Part shown: positions 24,250 through 26,223 of the stretch, piece by piece
Layout: each line of letters opens with the position of its first letter
Numbering within the stretch: the first letter of the stretch is position 1
Origin: a virus
Lineage: Duplodnaviria > Caudoviricetes
Strand: one strand, 5' to 3'
Length of the DNA: 26,223 nt
Virus record (IMG/VR): IMGVR_UViG_3300020042_006073
Span: 1 to 26,223 of that record
Made by a program: the position numbers and the translations under genes
Notes under the pieces: generated by a model
The model's database searches: none
What the model saw: only the letters and a program-made list of their open reading frames with translations
Told to the model about the DNA's origin: nothing

Positions 24250-25026
24250 ATGGCACGTTCCAGAAATATCAAACCTTCAATTTTTAAAAATGAATTACTT
24301 GGCGAAGCTGATCCTTTGCTTACAATTTTGTTTGCTGGCCTTTGGTGTTTGGCTGATCGTGAAGGCCGCCTTGAAGATAGGCCAAAAAGAATAAAGGCAG
24401 AGATTTTCCCCTATCGTGAAGGGATTGAAATTAACGGTTATTTAACGCAACTTGAACGGTTAGAGTTTATACATAGATATTCTTGCCAAAATATTGATGT
24501 TATCCAGATCATTAATTTTAAAAAACATCAAAATCCACACAACACAGAAAAACAATCTGAACTTCCAGAATTCAAAAAAACTTCAACAGAATCAAATAGT
24601 TCTGACACTTGCGTTAATGTTGCGTTAAATAACGGTTATTTAACGGATGAAGCCGTGCTGATTCCTGATTCCCTTAACCTGATTCCTGATTCCATTAAAA
24701 ACACTAAAACAAAATTTGTTTTAGTTGATGATTTGATCAGTTTGGGTTGTGATCCAGTTGAATCAGCTGATTGGCTGGCTATCAGAAAAAAGAAGCTGAC
24801 AGCAACAGCGCTGAAAACAATCATCAATGAATCATCAAAGGCAAACATCACACTGAACAGCGCCATTTCAATCATGGCCTCAAATCAATGGCAAGGCTTC
24901 AAAAGTGTATGGATGGAAAACAGAACGCAAAAGAACGCAATTCAAGCGCCTTGTGATGATTTCATTGAAAGGCAAACTTCAAGGGATTGGGCAAAACCTT
25001 TCCTTGATCAGGGTGAATCAAAATGA
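24250..25026 (+). CDS. Phage replication initiator (replisome organiser, lambda O analogue)
   Basis: MARSRNIKP..FKNE.L, LF.GLW.LADREGRLEDRPKRIKA, NF.KHQNPH and LIPDS repeats, with C-terminal W..IRK...LT..A...WQGFK..W. Confidence 0.88.
   Translation: MARSRNIKPSIFKNELLGEADPLLTILFAGLWCLADREGRLEDRPKRIKAEIFPYREGIEINGYLTQLERLEFIHRYSCQNIDVIQIINFKKHQNPHNTEKQSELPEFKKTSTESNSSDTCVNVALNNGYLTDEAVLIPDSLNLIPDSIKNTKTKFVLVDDLISLGCDPVESADWLAIRKKKLTATALKTIINESSKANITLNSAISIMASNQWQGFKSVWMENRTQKNAIQAPCDDFIERQTSRDWAKPFLDQGESK
24432..24645. repeat. Iteron-like repeats, putative replication origin inside the initiator gene
   Basis: TAACGGTTATTTAACG at 24432-24447 and 24630-24645. TTGCGTTAA at 24609-24617 and 24620-24628 is the reverse complement of TTAACGCAA at 24442-24450. 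Confidence 0.7.
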
Positions 25027-25715
25027 TTGTGATGCCAGCTGACAACACAAAATGGCAAGTTCATTATTGGCAAGGAAAATATTCAGGATTGGGGCATTTA
25101 TTTTCACCATATACAAAAAAATTGCCTTTTGATCACTTGCCTTTTGCTTTGGATAACGGCGCATTTATTAACTGGTTGAATGGTACGCCTTTTAATGTTG
25201 AAGAATGGATTTCACTAATGGAAAGAATCAAGGCAACAGGAAAAAAACCTTTGTGGGTTCTTTGTCCTGATGTTGTAACTGATGCAAAAGCAACAACAGA
25301 ACTTTTTTACCATTATGAAAAATTTATAAGGGAATTTTGGGATAATGAAATAAAAATTGCTTTTGCTGTTCAAGATGGCCATCAGCCTGAAGATGTTCCA
25401 AAAACAGCTGATGTTGTTTTTATTGGTGGTTCAACTGAATGGAAATGGTCAAACGCTGAAAAATTTTGTTCTAGGTTTGAAACTCACATTGGCCGCGTGA
25501 ATTCTTATGAAAAACTATGTTATTCAAAAAGCATTGGCGCTGTATCTTGTGACGGCACTGGCTGGTTTAGGGGTGATTCAAAGCAATTGCAAGGATTGGA
25601 AAAGTTTCTATTTGAACAAAGTGAAGGCAAAAATGAAATCTTTGAAAGTGTTGTTCGTAAATATACAAAAAGAAATCAATCGTTAAAAAAATTTCAAGGT
25701 GATTTTTTTGCATGA
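25023..25715 (+). CDS. Compact tRNA-guanine transglycosylase (TGT) / DpdA-like TIM-barrel protein
   Basis: Ordered motifs ALDNGAF, PDVV.D, AVQDG, VFIGGS, HIGRV and SCDGTGW parallel the TGT/DpdA catalytic and base-binding motifs. Confidence 0.65.
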   Translation: MIVMPADNTKWQVHYWQGKYSGLGHLFSPYTKKLPFDHLPFALDNGAFINWLNGTPFNVEEWISLMERIKATGKKPLWVLCPDVVTDAKATTELFYHYEKFIREFWDNEIKIAFAVQDGHQPEDVPKTADVVFIGGSTEWKWSNAEKFCSRFETHIGRVNSYEKLCYSKSIGAVSCDGTGWFRGDSKQLQGLEKFLFEQSEGKNEIFESVVRKYTKRNQSLKKFQGDFFA

Positions 25716-25745
25716 TAATTGAATGAACTATTTTCAAATATTTAC

Positions 25746-25775
25746 TTGTAATGTGTGCAATATTGCAACTATACT
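25746..25775 (+). promoter_or_regulatory. Putative sigma70 promoter with the palindrome TGCAATATTGCA in the spacer
   Basis: TTGTAA-N18-TATACT with a palindrome at 25756-25767. Same geometry as 22145-22174. Confidence 0.68.
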
Positions 25776-25817
25776 TCAGTTGTAAGTTCAGTAAACAAAC
25801 AGATTGGAGTGAATAAA

Positions 25818-25951
25818 ATGTTTAAAGATGAAATGAACCCTATCAGATGGCGCGGCTATAGGCAGCGCTTTGAATTTGCTTCAAATGCTGTTTTTCGTAG
25901 TAAAAATTATTACGTTATTGGCGGCCAGTGTATTTACCTTATAAGAAAACA
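25818..25951 (+). CDS. Hypothetical early protein, probably truncated at a chimeric junction
   Basis: TTGGAGTGA RBS before ATG 25818. Its apparent end (stop at 25985) lies inside the foreign sheath fragment. Confidence 0.5.
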
Positions 25952-26116
25952 CAAAAAACATTTCAAAAGAAAAAAAGTGCATTAGATCGTGTAAATGTAA
26001 GACGTTTACTAATTGAACTTAAAAATTATATTTCTCAAATAGCAGATACTTTTGTATTTGAACAAAATAACACAGTAACTAGAAATAATTTTTTAAGTAT
26101 AATTAATCCTTATTTA
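25952..26116 (+). CDS. Internal fragment of a contractile tail sheath gene (foreign, no start codon)
   Basis: Translates QKTFQKKKSALDRVNVRRLLIELKNYISQIADTFVFEQNNTVTRNNFLSIINPYL, the conserved sheath C-terminal signature (T4 gp18-like). Confidence 0.85.
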
Positions 26117-26124
26117 TTTACTAA

Positions 26125-26223
26125 TCACACGCAGAAGGATTTAATACAATCTCATCAGGAAGTTATTCCCACACTGAAGGACTTAATACAACAGCATCTG
26201 GAAATTATTCACATGCAGAAGGC
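26125..26223 (+). CDS. Fragment of a 14-residue SHAEG-repeat (YadA-head-like) adhesin/fibre gene
   Basis: Translates SHAEGFNTISSGSYSHTEGLNTTASGNYSHAEG. It is preceded by an in-frame TAA and is in a different frame from the sheath fragment. Confidence 0.8.

Noticed and set aside
25952-26116. Evidence that this phage has a contractile tail
   Set aside because: Only a start-less 55-codon fragment at the window edge. The intact tail operon has no sheath or baseplate wedge genes.
1-26223. CRISPR array, tRNA, integrase/att site, diversity-generating retroelement or invertase system
   Set aside because: By eye I found no regularly spaced repeats, cloverleaf, recombinase or reverse transcriptase gene, or TR/VR pair. 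A computational scan was not possible.
1-26223. Alternative genetic code (stop-codon reassignment)
   Set aside because: Genes are full-length and tightly packed under the standard code, and TAA, TGA and TAG all appear as stops.

Overview
This window is about 26 kb of a long-tailed (siphovirus-type) phage genome. The host is probably a Gammaproteobacterium, which is an inference. From 311 to 17790 the + strand carries a late operon: a 5'-truncated head-morphogenesis gene, scaffold, major capsid, head-tail connectors, tail tube, a tail chaperone with a -1 frameshift, tape measure, tail-tip genes, a cluster of small fibre/spike genes, and a holin. From 17791 to 22036 a leftward operon encodes an ERF recombinase, a YqaJ exonuclease, SSB, two putative DNA-binding proteins, an M15 endolysin and a membrane-anchored coiled coil. 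From 22209 to about 25950 a rightward early operon encodes small ORFs, a SutA-like peptide, a DUF1064 nuclease, a replication initiator with iterons, and a stand-alone TGT/DpdA-like transglycosylase. No terminase, portal, integrase or clear cI/Cro gene is visible. Both ends (1-~313 and ~25952-26223) are fragments of genes from apparently unrelated phages, so they are probably chimeric. The most interesting signals are the orphan TGT-like enzyme in a genome strongly depleted of GAG/CTC, a promoter-operator motif (TGCAATATTGC) repeated at early promoters, two predicted pseudoknot leaders, and a possible peptide-domain docking pair for fibre attachment. All product calls come from motif recognition by eye, with no database searches.
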